Source: Bacteroidales bacterium (GTDB lineage Bacteria; Bacteroidota; Bacteroidia; Bacteroidales; UBA12170). Taken from it: a DNA stretch of 64,000 bases. Position numbers and translations under genes: made by a program. The stretch is taken from NCBI GenBank assembly GCA_016929955.1, contig JAFGHU010000180.1, positions 2,199-66,198 of the forward strand, in the 5' to 3' direction. How positions within the stretch are numbered: position 1 is the stretch's first letter; each line of letters starts with the position of its first letter. The notes beneath the pieces are model-generated. The model saw only the letters and a list, made by a program, of their open reading frames with translations, searched no databases and was not told where the DNA came from. Below are positions 16,929 to 26,619 of this stretch, in pieces.

Positions 16929-19310
16929 TTAGAAATTCTGATGCTCCGTACGTGCAATAATTTCGTCTTGTAATTCTTCGGTAAGCTCAATAAAATAATC
17001 GCTATATCCCGCCACACGAACAATTAAATCGCGGTATTTTTCAGGTTCTATTTTTGCTTTTCGTAAAGTTTCTGCGGTAACCACATTAAACTGAATATGA
17101 TGACCTTTAAGCTGAAAATAAGTTCGAACAAGATTTTTAACTTGTTCCTGACCCGTTTCGTCTTCCAAAATTTGAGGTGTAAATTTCTGATTGAGTAAGG
17201 TACCTCCGGTTCGCAAGTGATCAATTTTTGAAGCCGATTTTAAGACGGCAGTTGGTCCTTTTCTGTCGGCTCCCTGAACAGGTGAAATGCCTTCAGATAT
17301 TGGTTTTCCGGCTTTTCTGCCATCGGGCAAAGCGCCAATTTTACTTCCAAAATACACATGCGAGGTGGTAGGGAGAAGATTTATCCTAAATTTTCCGCCG
17401 TTTACCGAATCTTTATTATCGACAGCAGCAAAGAAAAGTTCAAAAACGCGAACGGCTATATTGTCCACTTCGTCTTCATCATTTCCAAATTTTAAGGGTT
17501 CTTCGATTAAACCTTGGCGGAATAATTCGTTGTTTTTAAAATTTTGATTGAGAATATCTACAAAAGAAGCAAGAGTAAGTGTGTTATTATCATAAACATT
17601 TTGTTTTAAGGCACTTAACGAATCGGTAATTGAACCTAAACCAACACCTTGAATATAGCGTGTATTGTATCGCGCACCTCCGGCATTATAATCTTTGGCG
17701 TTGGCAATGCAATCGTCGATAAAAACGGAAAGAAAAGGAGCGGGCAGTTCTTTTGAGATAATTTGATCGATGATATTATTCCCTTCAATCTTAATATCAA
17801 TAAAATGATTCAACTGCTTTTTGTAAGCCAGCATCAAGTCATCAAAAGTTTTCAAGATTGCTGCTGTCCCACTTTTTATTCCTATCACTTTGTTTGTAAG
17901 TGGATCAGTTCCATTATTTAAAGTGATTTCGAGCACTTTAGCCAGATTAAAATAGCCGGTTAAAATATAGGCTTCAGTTCCGAAAGCTCCTGTTTCTACA
18001 CAACCACTAGCACCGCCTTTTCTTGCATCGATCAGGTCTTTTCCTTGATAAAGCAATTCCTGAATAATCGCGTCGGTATTGAAAATGGAAGGTTGACCAA
18101 AACCTGTTTTTACGATATCTATCGCACGGCGAATAAAATGATCAGGATTGTGTTTGCTCAGTTGAACCATCGAACTGGGCTGTAAAATGCGCATTTCTTC
18201 AATTACGTCGAGTAAAATATAGCTCATTTCGTTTACAGCATCAGTTCCGTCTGCTTTTAATCCTCCAATATTGATAAGCGCAAAATCGGTAAAAGTATTG
18301 CTTTCTTTAGCTGTAACGCCCATTTTTGGAGGTGATGGATGATTGTTGAATTTTATCCAAAAAGCCTGTAAAAGTTCAATGATTTCTGCTTTTGATTGAA
18401 GATTTTCATTCAAATCTTTCTGATAAAAGGGAAATAAATGTTGATCCAATCGGCCAGGATTGAAAGAATCCCAAGGATTTAATTCCGTGATAACGCCCTG
18501 ATGCACATACCAATAATATTGAAGAGCTTCCCAGGTATTTCCGGGCTTATTCTCGGGCACATTTTTCGAAACCTGTATCATTTTTTTGAGCTCTGCAATT
18601 CGCTTTGGGTTGGTTTCTAATTTAAGCAGCTGCTCTAATTTTTCAACATGGCGCTTTGCAAAGAGGGAAACAGCGTCTAAACTGATCAGCATTGCTTCGA
18701 GTTCGTCTTTTTTAGCTTGATATTGAATAGGATCAGTCGTTCTTTCCTCCGATTTTTCAAGTACTTCCAAGCGTAATTGGATTTTTTTTCGAAAATCTTT
18801 AAAGCCCATCGTATAAATAACATCCCCTAAAACGGTATGACCGGGCGCGCGTTGTTCAAGAAACTCAGTAAATACGCCAGCTTCATAGGCATCGAGCCAC
18901 TTTTTTGAAAGCGCTTTAAAAATTTTATCGCGACTACTTTTCCCTTCCCAAAATGGAATTAGTGTATCGCTATAGAGTTTTTTTAATTGCTTGTCGACCG
19001 TAAATTTTACTTTTGGCCTATCGTTTATCAATTCTAAATCAGGAATAGTATGAATACAAACTTCAGGATAAGTGGGTGTTTGCTGCGGAGCAGGGCCTCT
19101 TTCGCCAATAATCAATTCATCATCGCCAATATAAATGGTTTTGTTTGTCATTAAATAATGAAAAGATTTTGCACGTAGGAGAGGAGCCGATAGTCCTTTT
19201 GCTTCTTCCGATGCATAAAACTCGGTCATAAGTTGAGCACGCTCACCCGAAATACTTGGCCTTGTGTTTAGGCTTTTATGTCTTAAGTTTTCTATTCTTT
19301 TTGTGATCAT
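16929..19310 (-). CDS. hypD: Glycyl radical enzyme, trans-4-hydroxy-L-proline dehydratase type
   Basis: RVAGYS glycyl radical motif, SGCVETG Cys loop and FTEFLEQRAPGHT, all as recalled for HypD. Confidence 0.85.
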   Translation of the reverse strand: MITKRIENLRHKSLNTRPSISGERAQLMTEFYASEEAKGLSAPLLRAKSFHYLMTNKTIYIGDDELIIGERGPAPQQTPTYPEVCIHTIPDLELINDRPKVKFTVDKQLKKLYSDTLIPFWEGKSSRDKIFKALSKKWLDAYEAGVFTEFLEQRAPGHTVLGDVIYTMGFKDFRKKIQLRLEVLEKSEERTTDPIQYQAKKDELEAMLISLDAVSLFAKRHVEKLEQLLKLETNPKRIAELKKMIQVSKNVPENKPGNTWEALQYYWYVHQGVITELNPWDSFNPGRLDQHLFPFYQKDLNENLQSKAEIIELLQAFWIKFNNHPSPPKMGVTAKESNTFTDFALINIGGLKADGTDAVNEMSYILLDVIEEMRILQPSSMVQLSKHNPDHFIRRAIDIVKTGFGQPSIFNTDAIIQELLYQGKDLIDARKGGASGCVETGAFGTEAYILTGYFNLAKVLEITLNNGTDPLTNKVIGIKSGTAAILKTFDDLMLAYKKQLNHFIDIKIEGNNIIDQIISKELPAPFLSVFIDDCIANAKDYNAGGARYNTRYIQGVGLGSITDSLSALKQNVYDNNTLTLASFVDILNQNFKNNELFRQGLIEEPLKFGNDEDEVDNIAVRVFELFFAAVDNKDSVNGGKFRINLLPTTSHVYFGSKIGALPDGRKAGKPISEGISPVQGADRKGPTAVLKSASKIDHLRTGGTLLNQKFTPQILEDETGQEQVKNLVRTYFQLKGHHIQFNVVTAETLRKAKIEPEKYRDLIVRVAGYSDYFIELTEELQDEIIARTEHQNF

Positions 19311-19545
19311 AGCTAAATACGTTTGTAAAGTTAAGTCGTTGAGAGGTTGATTGACATGGTTTTTGAAATTCTTTTGGCCACTCCCAAAGTGATGCCTTTG
19401 GCAAAAAGAAATAAAACACTAAAGCTCACCACAAGTAGATTTTGCATTAGGCTAGTTTTGTGTGTTTTGGTGTCTGGGTGATTTTGTAGCATTTTCATTT
19501 TTCATTTTAAATTCATAGTCACATATTAAAAATTCAAAGTCAGTA

Positions 19546-20319
19546 TTACCCTCCAATTTTTAGATCAAATCCTTGTTTTTCGAAAAAGATTTTTACGTTT
19601 TCAACTTCTGTTTTTGAAGGTTCGTGAATACCATTCATTTTATTTTCAAAATGCAGCTTTTCATATTTTCCTTGAGCTATTTTGTGATAAGGTAAAATTG
19701 AAATGTTTTTGATTTGCTTCAGCTCTTTTAAAAAGGAGGCCATTTCTTGAAGCTGTTTTTCACTATCGTTAACTGAAGGAATATAAGGAAAACGTATATG
19801 GACTTCTTTTCCTTTTTCAACTAAATAACTGAGGTTTTTTAAAATTTGCTTGTTCGAAACTCCGGTATATTTTTGGTGTTCTTCCGCGTTGAGGTGTTTT
19901 AAATCGAATAAAAATAAATCGATGTATTGACTTATTTCTTGAAAAATTTTGGTGCTGGCGTATCCCGTTGTATCCAAACAAAGATGTAGATTATTTTGTT
20001 TGAACAATTGAGCCGTTTCGATAAGGAATTTGGCTTGCATTAAAGGCTCGCCACCGGTAAAAGTAATGCCTCCTTTGGATTGTTCGTAAAAAGGCCGATC
20101 TTTTTCTGCTTCTTTAAGAAGCTCCTCAGCTGTTGTTTTCCAGCCAATCTGAGTGCTCCCTTTAAATTTAAAGTCGAGTTGTTCTATACCTTGTTTCTGA
20201 CTTTCAGGATTATGGCACCACCAACAACGCAAAGGGCAGCCTTTAAAGAAAATGCTGGTTCTTATTCCCGGGCCATCGTGGATGGCAAATCGTTTTATAT
20301 CGAAGACAATTCCGCTCAT
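19546..20319 (-). CDS. Glycyl-radical enzyme activating enzyme (HypD activase)
   Basis: HDGPGIRT..FFKGCPLRCWWCHNPE, GGITFTGGEP and LPYH; adjacent to the GRE gene. Confidence 0.92.
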   Translation of the reverse strand: MSGIVFDIKRFAIHDGPGIRTSIFFKGCPLRCWWCHNPESQKQGIEQLDFKFKGSTQIGWKTTAEELLKEAEKDRPFYEQSKGGITFTGGEPLMQAKFLIETAQLFKQNNLHLCLDTTGYASTKIFQEISQYIDLFLFDLKHLNAEEHQKYTGVSNKQILKNLSYLVEKGKEVHIRFPYIPSVNDSEKQLQEMASFLKELKQIKNISILPYHKIAQGKYEKLHFENKMNGIHEPSKTEVENVKIFFEKQGFDLKIGG

Positions 20320-20589
20320 CGGATTGTAATATGTATATGCTTTAAAATGGAATTAGGCGTAATTTTAAGCGTAGAGGGAGCTGGAAGTGAGCGGTATCAG
20401 GAAATCCAACATTCAAACAAACCACGCCCAAATGCACCATACATACAGAAAAACATAGAAATATTTGTTTGAACTATCATGGGAGTAAAATTACATATCA
20501 TTTTGATATAAATGCAAGAGATGTAAAAATAATCTCTTGATTGGAACGTATTGGAATTACAAAAAATAAGTGTTGTCCGGTATAATGCT

Positions 20590-20733
20590 ATTTCGTTCCT
20601 ACGGAACTTTGGATTTTTTTTAATGGTCAATCTACCCGTATTTTGTCCCGCTGGGATAGTTCCGCTAGGAACGAAATGTGGGTAGTATTGAAATTATGTT
20701 CTCCTATTGAGAAGTTCCGTAGGAACGAAATAG
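20590..20733. repeat. Cluster of REP-like palindromes (gttccgtaggaac type)
   Basis: atttcgttcctacggaac (20590, inverted), gtcccgctgggat (20645), gttccgctaggaacgaaat (20659) and gttccgtaggaacgaaatag (20714). Confidence 0.75.
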
Positions 20734-20872
20734 TATCAAGAGTTTCAATAGAATTCCTAATTTTTAACCATGTACCATAGAAATGAAATACAAAAGATAA
20801 ATAAGAATGTATCGTACACGTTAAATTTAAAAAAGGGGTAATTAAATTTCTAGTTTTTAAGCGAATATGCAT

Positions 20873-20898
20873 AAAAAAGGCCAACAAAAAGTCGGCCT
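20873..20898 (-). terminator. dcp terminator
   Basis: Minus strand aggccgac-ttttt-gttggcc followed by T6. Confidence 0.65.
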
Positions 20899-20921
20899 AA
20901 TAAATTATTTTTCAAATGCGA

Positions 20922-23075
20922 TTATTTTAAACCGCGTTTTTTCAACAAAGGTTCGATGGATGGATCAGCGCCACGGAAATTTTTATAAAGCGTCATTGGC
21001 TCATCGGAGCCTCCTTTTGAAATTACATTTTTACGGAATGAATCACCGGTAGCTCTATCAAAAATACCATTTTCAACAAAGGCTTGGTAAGCATCCGAAT
21101 CTAAAACAGCAGCCCAAATATACACGTAATAACCTGCAGAATAGCCTTCACCACCAAAGGAATGATTAAAATAAGTGCTTCTGTAACGAGGTATAATTTC
21201 ATCAATTAAACCTAAATCAGACATCGTTTGTTTTTCAAAAGCCAGAACATCCAGATTATCGATATCTTCCACATTATCAATCATATGGTATTTGATATCC
21301 AATAAGCTGGCAGCCAAATATTCAGTCGTAATAAAGCCTTGATTAAATTGACTGCTTTTTTGAATTTTGGCAATTAATTCGTCCGGAATAGCTTCGCCGG
21401 TTTTATAATGTTTTGCATAAATCTTCAACATTTCAGGTTCTAATGCCCAGTTTTCCATAATTTGAGATGGCAGTTCAACAAAATCTCTTTTAACAGATGT
21501 ACCTGAAATAGTATTGTATTTAACATTGGATAATAAACCGTGTAAGCCATGACCAAATTCGTGGAAAAGGGTTTGTACTTCATCTATGCTCAAAAGAGAA
21601 GGCTCGTTAGCCGTAGGTTTCGTGAAATTTCCAACATTTACAATAACCGGACTTACAAAATCATCACCTGCACCCATTTGTTTACGATACGACGACATCC
21701 AGGCGCCGCCTCGTTTACTTGCACGTGGGAAATAATCGACCAATAAAATACCAACATGATCGCCATTTTCTTCCTGAACTTCCCAGGCTTCAACATCTTC
21801 GTGATAAACAGGAATGTCGCTGCGGCGAATCATTTTCAAACCATATATGCGATGAACCAATTCGTAAGCTCCAGCTTGAACATTGGCTAGCGAGAAGTAA
21901 GGACGAAGTTCTGATTCTTCCAAAGCATATTTTTCTTTTCTTAACTTCTCAGTATAATACCACCAATCCCAACTTTCTAATATGATATGATCGCCTTCTT
22001 TGTCAGCAATGGCTTGTAATTCTTTGGCTTCTTGTTTGGTCATTGGCAAAGCAGCATCCCACAACTTGGTCAATAAAGTCATAACGTTTTCAGGCGTTTT
22101 TGCCATATTATTATCAATTGCGTAATCGGCAAAAGTTTTGTAACCTAAAAGTTGAGCTTTTTGTAAACGAAGCTTTAAAATTTCTTTGATATTTTCTTTA
22201 TTATCGTTAGCGTTATTGTTGTTGCCTTGATTCATCCAAGCCGTGTAAATTTCTTTACGGAGCTCGCGGTTATCAGCATATTGTAAGAAAGGGATCCAAC
22301 TTGGTTTGTCTAAAGTAAAAACCCATTTTCCTTCCATCCCAGCTTCAGTTGCTGCTTCTGCAGCGGCATCTTTTACTGATTCGGGAAGTCCGCTAAGGTC
22401 TTTTTCGTTATCAATTACAAGTTTGTAAGCAATACGATCGTTAACTACGTTTTCGCCAAACTGAGGATAAAGCAATGCAAGTTTTCCATTAATTTCGCGC
22501 ATTTTTGCTTGATCTTCGTCGTTTAAATTTGCACCTCCGCGAACAAATCCATTGTATACTTTATCCAATAAAGCTGTTTGCTCCGTATTTAAAGCTTGTT
22601 CGTTCTTAGCTTCAGTTGTCATATTCAATTCTTTTTGCTCGTCGTAAATCGTTTTTACGCGTTCAAATAATTTAGCGTTCAGATTAATATTATCCGAATG
22701 AGCAGCGAGTTTTGGCGCAATTTCTTTGTTGATGGCTTTTAACTCATCATTTGTATTGGCGCTAAATTGATTATAAAAAACACTACTAACGCGATCTAAA
22801 AGCGCACCACTTTTGTCCATCGCTTCTAGAGTATTTTCGAAAGTAGGAGCCGCTTCGTTATTAGCGATTGCATCAATTTCAGCAGCATGTTCCTTTATCC
22901 CTTCTTCAAAAGCAGGAATATAGTCTGATGTTTTTATTTTTGAAAAATCAGGCACTTCAAAAGGCGTTCCATATTCTGCAAAAAAAGGATTGTCTGCCAT
23001 TTTATTTTGTTTTGTGTTACAGGCCGAAAAGAAAAGGCTCACAGCCAGAAGTATAAAAAATGTTTTTTTCATCAT
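20922..23075 (-). CDS. dcp: M3 family metallopeptidase (peptidyl-dipeptidase Dcp-like), lipoprotein
   Basis: FHEFGHGLH zinc motif, DFVELPSQIMENW and YSAGYY; lipobox FFSAC after MMKK; TACATTTG box at 23100-23107. Confidence 0.92.
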   Translation of the reverse strand: MMKKTFFILLAVSLFFSACNTKQNKMADNPFFAEYGTPFEVPDFSKIKTSDYIPAFEEGIKEHAAEIDAIANNEAAPTFENTLEAMDKSGALLDRVSSVFYNQFSANTNDELKAINKEIAPKLAAHSDNINLNAKLFERVKTIYDEQKELNMTTEAKNEQALNTEQTALLDKVYNGFVRGGANLNDEDQAKMREINGKLALLYPQFGENVVNDRIAYKLVIDNEKDLSGLPESVKDAAAEAATEAGMEGKWVFTLDKPSWIPFLQYADNRELRKEIYTAWMNQGNNNNANDNKENIKEILKLRLQKAQLLGYKTFADYAIDNNMAKTPENVMTLLTKLWDAALPMTKQEAKELQAIADKEGDHIILESWDWWYYTEKLRKEKYALEESELRPYFSLANVQAGAYELVHRIYGLKMIRRSDIPVYHEDVEAWEVQEENGDHVGILLVDYFPRASKRGGAWMSSYRKQMGAGDDFVSPVIVNVGNFTKPTANEPSLLSIDEVQTLFHEFGHGLHGLLSNVKYNTISGTSVKRDFVELPSQIMENWALEPEMLKIYAKHYKTGEAIPDELIAKIQKSSQFNQGFITTEYLAASLLDIKYHMIDNVEDIDNLDVLAFEKQTMSDLGLIDEIIPRYRSTYFNHSFGGEGYSAGYYVYIWAAVLDSDAYQAFVENGIFDRATGDSFRKNVISKGGSDEPMTLYKNFRGADPSIEPLLKKRGLK

Positions 23076-23264
23076 AATTCGTTTTTGTGTTTGAAAAAGC
23101 AAATGTAAAGAATATTCAAATGTAAATAAAGCTGCATCTTGCATATTCTGTCGGAAAAATAGGCGGGTGTAATTTTTAAAAAATAGTGCGTCAAAATGAT
23201 AAAAAATTTTAAATCTTATAGATTCGCAAAGCGATATCTGTACTTTTGCATCAAATTTTGAATT

Positions 23265-24131
23265 ATGACTATTGCATTTATACTTTTTGGAATTGCTGTA
23301 CTTTTCTTCTATCTGAGTAATTCCGGTGCTAAAAAACAACAACAGAAACAAGCAAAAGCACATCCATCACAAATGAGAACACAGAAAGCCGGCTACGGAA
23401 AGTGGATCGGTGGAGGTTTAGGTTGGGCGCTGGGTGGTCCTATTGGCGGTTTGCTCGGCTTTATGTTTGGATCGATGTTCGAGGGTGGAACTAAGGAAAG
23501 AACAGGTGGTTTTCAGGGGCATCCCTATGCGGAGCAAAGTCGATCGACACAAGCAGGCGATTTTAGTGTAAGTCTTCTGGTTTTGTCGGCTGCTGTGATG
23601 AAAGCCGATGGTGTAGTTAAGAAATCGGAATTGGATTATGTGAAGCGTTTCTTTGTAAGCAATTTTGGAGAAGTAAAAACGGTTCAGTTGATGCAAGTGT
23701 TGAAAGAACTGCTCAAAAAAGAGATTAATATTCAGGAAGTCAGTACGCAGATTAGGTCTGCAATGGATTATTCTTCGCGTTTACAACTCTTGCATTATTT
23801 GTTTGGCATTGCCGGAGCTGATCGTGTTACTTCTGACTCGGAAATACTTATGATACAGCAAATTGCCGGATTTTTAGGCTTGAGTTCGGGCGATTTCAAT
23901 TCAGTAAAAGCAATGTTTGTTAAAGATACTGAATCGGCGTATAAAATTTTAGAAATTACACCCGACGCTACGGATAGCGAAGTGAAAAAAGCCTATCATA
24001 AGATGGCTATAAAATACCATCCAGATAAAGTGAGCCATTTGGGCGAAGACATGCATAAAGCGGCTGAAGAAAAATTCCAGCAGTTAAATTCCGCTTATGA
24101 TGAGATTAAGAAACGGCGTGGAATGAATTAA
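23265..24131 (+). CDS. djlA: DjlA-like co-chaperone (TM + TerB-like + C-terminal J domain)
   Basis: GKWIGGGLGWALGGPIG, VMKADG, and J domain AYKILE...KYHPDKV. Confidence 0.88.
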   Translation: MTIAFILFGIAVLFFYLSNSGAKKQQQKQAKAHPSQMRTQKAGYGKWIGGGLGWALGGPIGGLLGFMFGSMFEGGTKERTGGFQGHPYAEQSRSTQAGDFSVSLLVLSAAVMKADGVVKKSELDYVKRFFVSNFGEVKTVQLMQVLKELLKKEINIQEVSTQIRSAMDYSSRLQLLHYLFGIAGADRVTSDSEILMIQQIAGFLGLSSGDFNSVKAMFVKDTESAYKILEITPDATDSEVKKAYHKMAIKYHPDKVSHLGEDMHKAAEEKFQQLNSAYDEIKKRRGMN

Positions 24132-24167
24132 TTTGTTAATTAGGTAATGTACTAATGCGATAATTAA

Positions 24168-24231
24168 CACATTAGCACATTAGCACATTAGCACATCAAC
24201 ACATTAGCACATCAACACATCAACACATCAG
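24168..24231. repeat. Octanucleotide tandem repeat (cacattag / cacatcaa, about 8 units)
   Basis: Directly visible; preceded by an inverted partial copy taatgtactaatgcg. Confidence 0.85.
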
Positions 24232-24248
24232 CGCATTTGCACAGCAAT

Positions 24249-24740
24249 ATGATTGACCTAAAAGCTCACACAGAAAAAGCAAATCTAGCTTTAAAAAAGA
24301 ATAAAAAACTGGCAGCCTCTTTACGCAAAAAGAAACCTAAGGATTTAGATGCGGTTAGCAGCGAATTACACGACAAAGCATTTGCTCATATCGATTGCCT
24401 TCAATGTGCCAACTGTTGCAAAACCATTAGTCCTATAGTTACTGATAAAGATATTCAGCGGATAGCCAAACATTTACGTATGCGTCCTGCTCAGTTGGTC
24501 GATACCTATTTATTGCTTGATGAAGAACACGACTACGTATTTAAACAGCAGCCTTGCCCGTTTTTAGGCGCTGATAATTATTGTTCTATTTATGAGGTTC
24601 GACCAAAAGCTTGTCGCGAATACCCACATACAAATCGCGAAAAATTTTATCAGCTTTTAAATTTAAGTGTGAAGAATACGGTGATTTGTCCGGCGGTTTT
24701 GGAAGTGTTTGAAGGCTTGGAGAATCAGTATAAAAAATAA
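24249..24740 (+). CDS. YkgJ family cysteine cluster protein
   Basis: CLQCANCC, PCPFL..CSIYEVRPKACREYP. Confidence 0.88.
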   Translation: MIDLKAHTEKANLALKKNKKLAASLRKKKPKDLDAVSSELHDKAFAHIDCLQCANCCKTISPIVTDKDIQRIAKHLRMRPAQLVDTYLLLDEEHDYVFKQQPCPFLGADNYCSIYEVRPKACREYPHTNREKFYQLLNLSVKNTVICPAVLEVFEGLENQYKK

Positions 24741-24785
24741 GCGCTTTTCTGAAATAGTAGTGATTTGCTATTCAGAAAAACGCTT
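24739..24785. terminator. Bidirectional terminator hairpin between convergent genes
   Basis: aagcgcttttctgaaatag...ctattcagaaaaacgctt inverted repeat. Confidence 0.6.
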
Positions 24786-24805
24786 GAATTGAGATTCAAT
24801 TTCGA

Positions 24806-25375
24806 TTATTCCTCTGTATCGGTTTGATTATATGGAATTTCCGTCTCGCAAATGGTTTTTAGCTTTGTTAAACCTTTGTTCCAATCTTCGCCCATCATAC
24901 TTTCCATATTTACAAAAAGCGATGTAATATTCATTGGATAGGGCATAACGCTTTTAAAACCCCAGGTAACATTGGTTTGCGCACCTTCCTGAACTAATTT
25001 TACATAAGCTTTAGCTTCACTTTCGTATGGCGTTAAGAATACTAAATCTGTTTCGAAAAGTGTTGGGGCTTCAATATTTGTAATTGTTTGAGTCCCTTTT
25101 CCAACTTCTTTAACTTCACTATCCCAACTTTGCATAGCTCCAATGGTGCCGTCGGTGCCCATAAAACCTTTGGACATAGTGGGGTCTTTTTCATCCCAAG
25201 GGTTCCATTTATCCATATCTGCGAGACTATTTGTATTTTCCCAAACCGTTTCTATTGGTGCATTTATAAGGATAGATTTTTCATACACAACATCTTTTGG
25301 TACAAACAGAGCGATGAGTAAAACTAGCGCTACAATTACTAAAAGACCAATTCCTAAATACTTTAAAATTTTCAT
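24806..25375 (-). CDS. SRPBCC (polyketide cyclase/START) family protein with N-terminal membrane anchor
   Basis: EKSILINAPIETVW..WNPW, GTDGTIGA..W and GLTKLK..E. Confidence 0.82.
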   Translation of the reverse strand: MKILKYLGIGLLVIVALVLLIALFVPKDVVYEKSILINAPIETVWENTNSLADMDKWNPWDEKDPTMSKGFMGTDGTIGAMQSWDSEVKEVGKGTQTITNIEAPTLFETDLVFLTPYESEAKAYVKLVQEGAQTNVTWGFKSVMPYPMNITSLFVNMESMMGEDWNKGLTKLKTICETEIPYNQTDTEE

Positions 25376-25419
25376 AGTGTTTTTTTTTGAGGTTTTACAA
25401 TTGAATATTAATTTGCGTT

Positions 25420-26127
25420 TTAACAACGTGCATATTTTTTCTTTTTGCCGATAGCACCTCTTGCAATTACTTTTTGGATGTATTCCGTCGCCAATGGAAC
25501 TTTACAAGAGGTATTGCCCACATTTACAGTAACTTTTCCAATTCGCTTACTTATTTCTGTAGCTTTTTTTGTTAATGCTTTAATCGAAGTACCAACTGCG
25601 ATAACAAAACCATTCATCGTATAACGGACTCTATTTTGGGCATGATGTATTTCTTTTTCAACGCTATCCAATAATTTGGAATACAAATTTATATCAAGTT
25701 CATCGTCAGGTTTTAAAGCAATATAGTTTGAAAGAGTTGCCCATCCGGCAGATGCAATATTCTCCCTTGGCGATTTTATCCATTCCAGCGCTAATTCTAA
25801 ACCGTATCTGCTTTCAGCTGCCACCCATGCAACTGCATATTCTGAAAGATAATACCAATAGGCATTTTCGGCCCAAGTATTTAATTCGTTTTTCGAAATC
25901 TTACTGGTATCAGCAATTAGTCCGGCTAAATACATTGCATCCGAATTTCCGGTTGCAAACAATTGAAGCGATAATTCGTGATTGGTTTTTATTTTCTTGA
26001 CGATTTTTTTTAAGTCTTGCACTTTTACACCAAAAAAAGGCTCACGTGCCCCGTGGCGCAGCAAGACTCTCTTTGTATCATCACTGGCATAAGATTCTAA
26101 TTCTTTTAAAATAGTGTCGACTGTCAT
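25420..26127 (-). CDS. DNA alkylation repair protein (AlkD-like HEAT repeat)
   Basis: FGVK..DLKKI, NHELSLQL, DAMYLAGLI, RYTMNGF, CKVP.A..YI. Confidence 0.82.
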   Translation of the reverse strand: MTVDTILKELESYASDDTKRVLLRHGAREPFFGVKVQDLKKIVKKIKTNHELSLQLFATGNSDAMYLAGLIADTSKISKNELNTWAENAYWYYLSEYAVAWVAAESRYGLELALEWIKSPRENIASAGWATLSNYIALKPDDELDINLYSKLLDSVEKEIHHAQNRVRYTMNGFVIAVGTSIKALTKKATEISKRIGKVTVNVGNTSCKVPLATEYIQKVIARGAIGKKKKYARC

Positions 26128-26140
26128 TTACATAAACAAT

Positions 26141-26404
26141 TTAATTTTTCCATCGCTCCAATTTTGGAATTCCATTTGTAAAAAAACCGGTTATGAAACA
26201 GGGGAACCCCATTTTTATGAGCTTATCTTTCACAAATTCTTGCATCTTTTGGGCAGAATCAATTTCCGGATTTAGGAATTCGCCAAGTTGATAGCAGTGA
26301 GAGCAAAAGGCATCGTTTTTACTTCCATCGGCATTTGTTCCACCACCTAATTCATCTTTTTTGTGCGGCATTCCACAACTTTGGCAATACTTTGATTTTT
26401 TCAT
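26141..26404 (-). CDS. Zinc ribbon domain protein (Zn_ribbon_2)
   Basis: CQSCGMP...GTNADGS...CSHCY..GEF...IPKLERW. Confidence 0.85.
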   Translation of the reverse strand: MKKSKYCQSCGMPHKKDELGGGTNADGSKNDAFCSHCYQLGEFLNPEIDSAQKMQEFVKDKLIKMGFPCFITGFFTNGIPKLERWKN

Positions 26405-26619
26405 TAAACTGAAATTTTAATCAGATTAAGAATCAAAGATAAGAAATTTGATGGGTGAGTTTTGTTGTAAAAATGTTAATAAAAGCCTAATATTCAATAC
26501 TATGTTTAAAATAAAGCAACGCTTTTACCAAGCCGGCATATTATTCCGTGGCCTCCAAAAGAATTAAAAGGCAAAGACTTTACCTGTTTCTCGTTGAGAA
26601 TTTGCAGGTATTATTTGTT

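Noticed and set aside
19380-19500. Hairpins and cac/gtg-rich tract between the activase and hypD
   Set aside because: Weak, degenerate pairing; no specific element can be supported.
20627-20887. 86-aa minus-strand ORF
   Set aside because: Reads through REP-like palindromes and the dcp terminator; likely spurious.
23076-23363. Long N-terminal extension of the dcp ORF
   Set aside because: Overlaps divergent djlA and both promoter boxes; the lipoprotein signal begins at 23075.
26525-26610. Possible ncRNA after the aminotransferase gene
   Set aside because: Two modest hairpins consistent with an ordinary terminator or 3' UTR.
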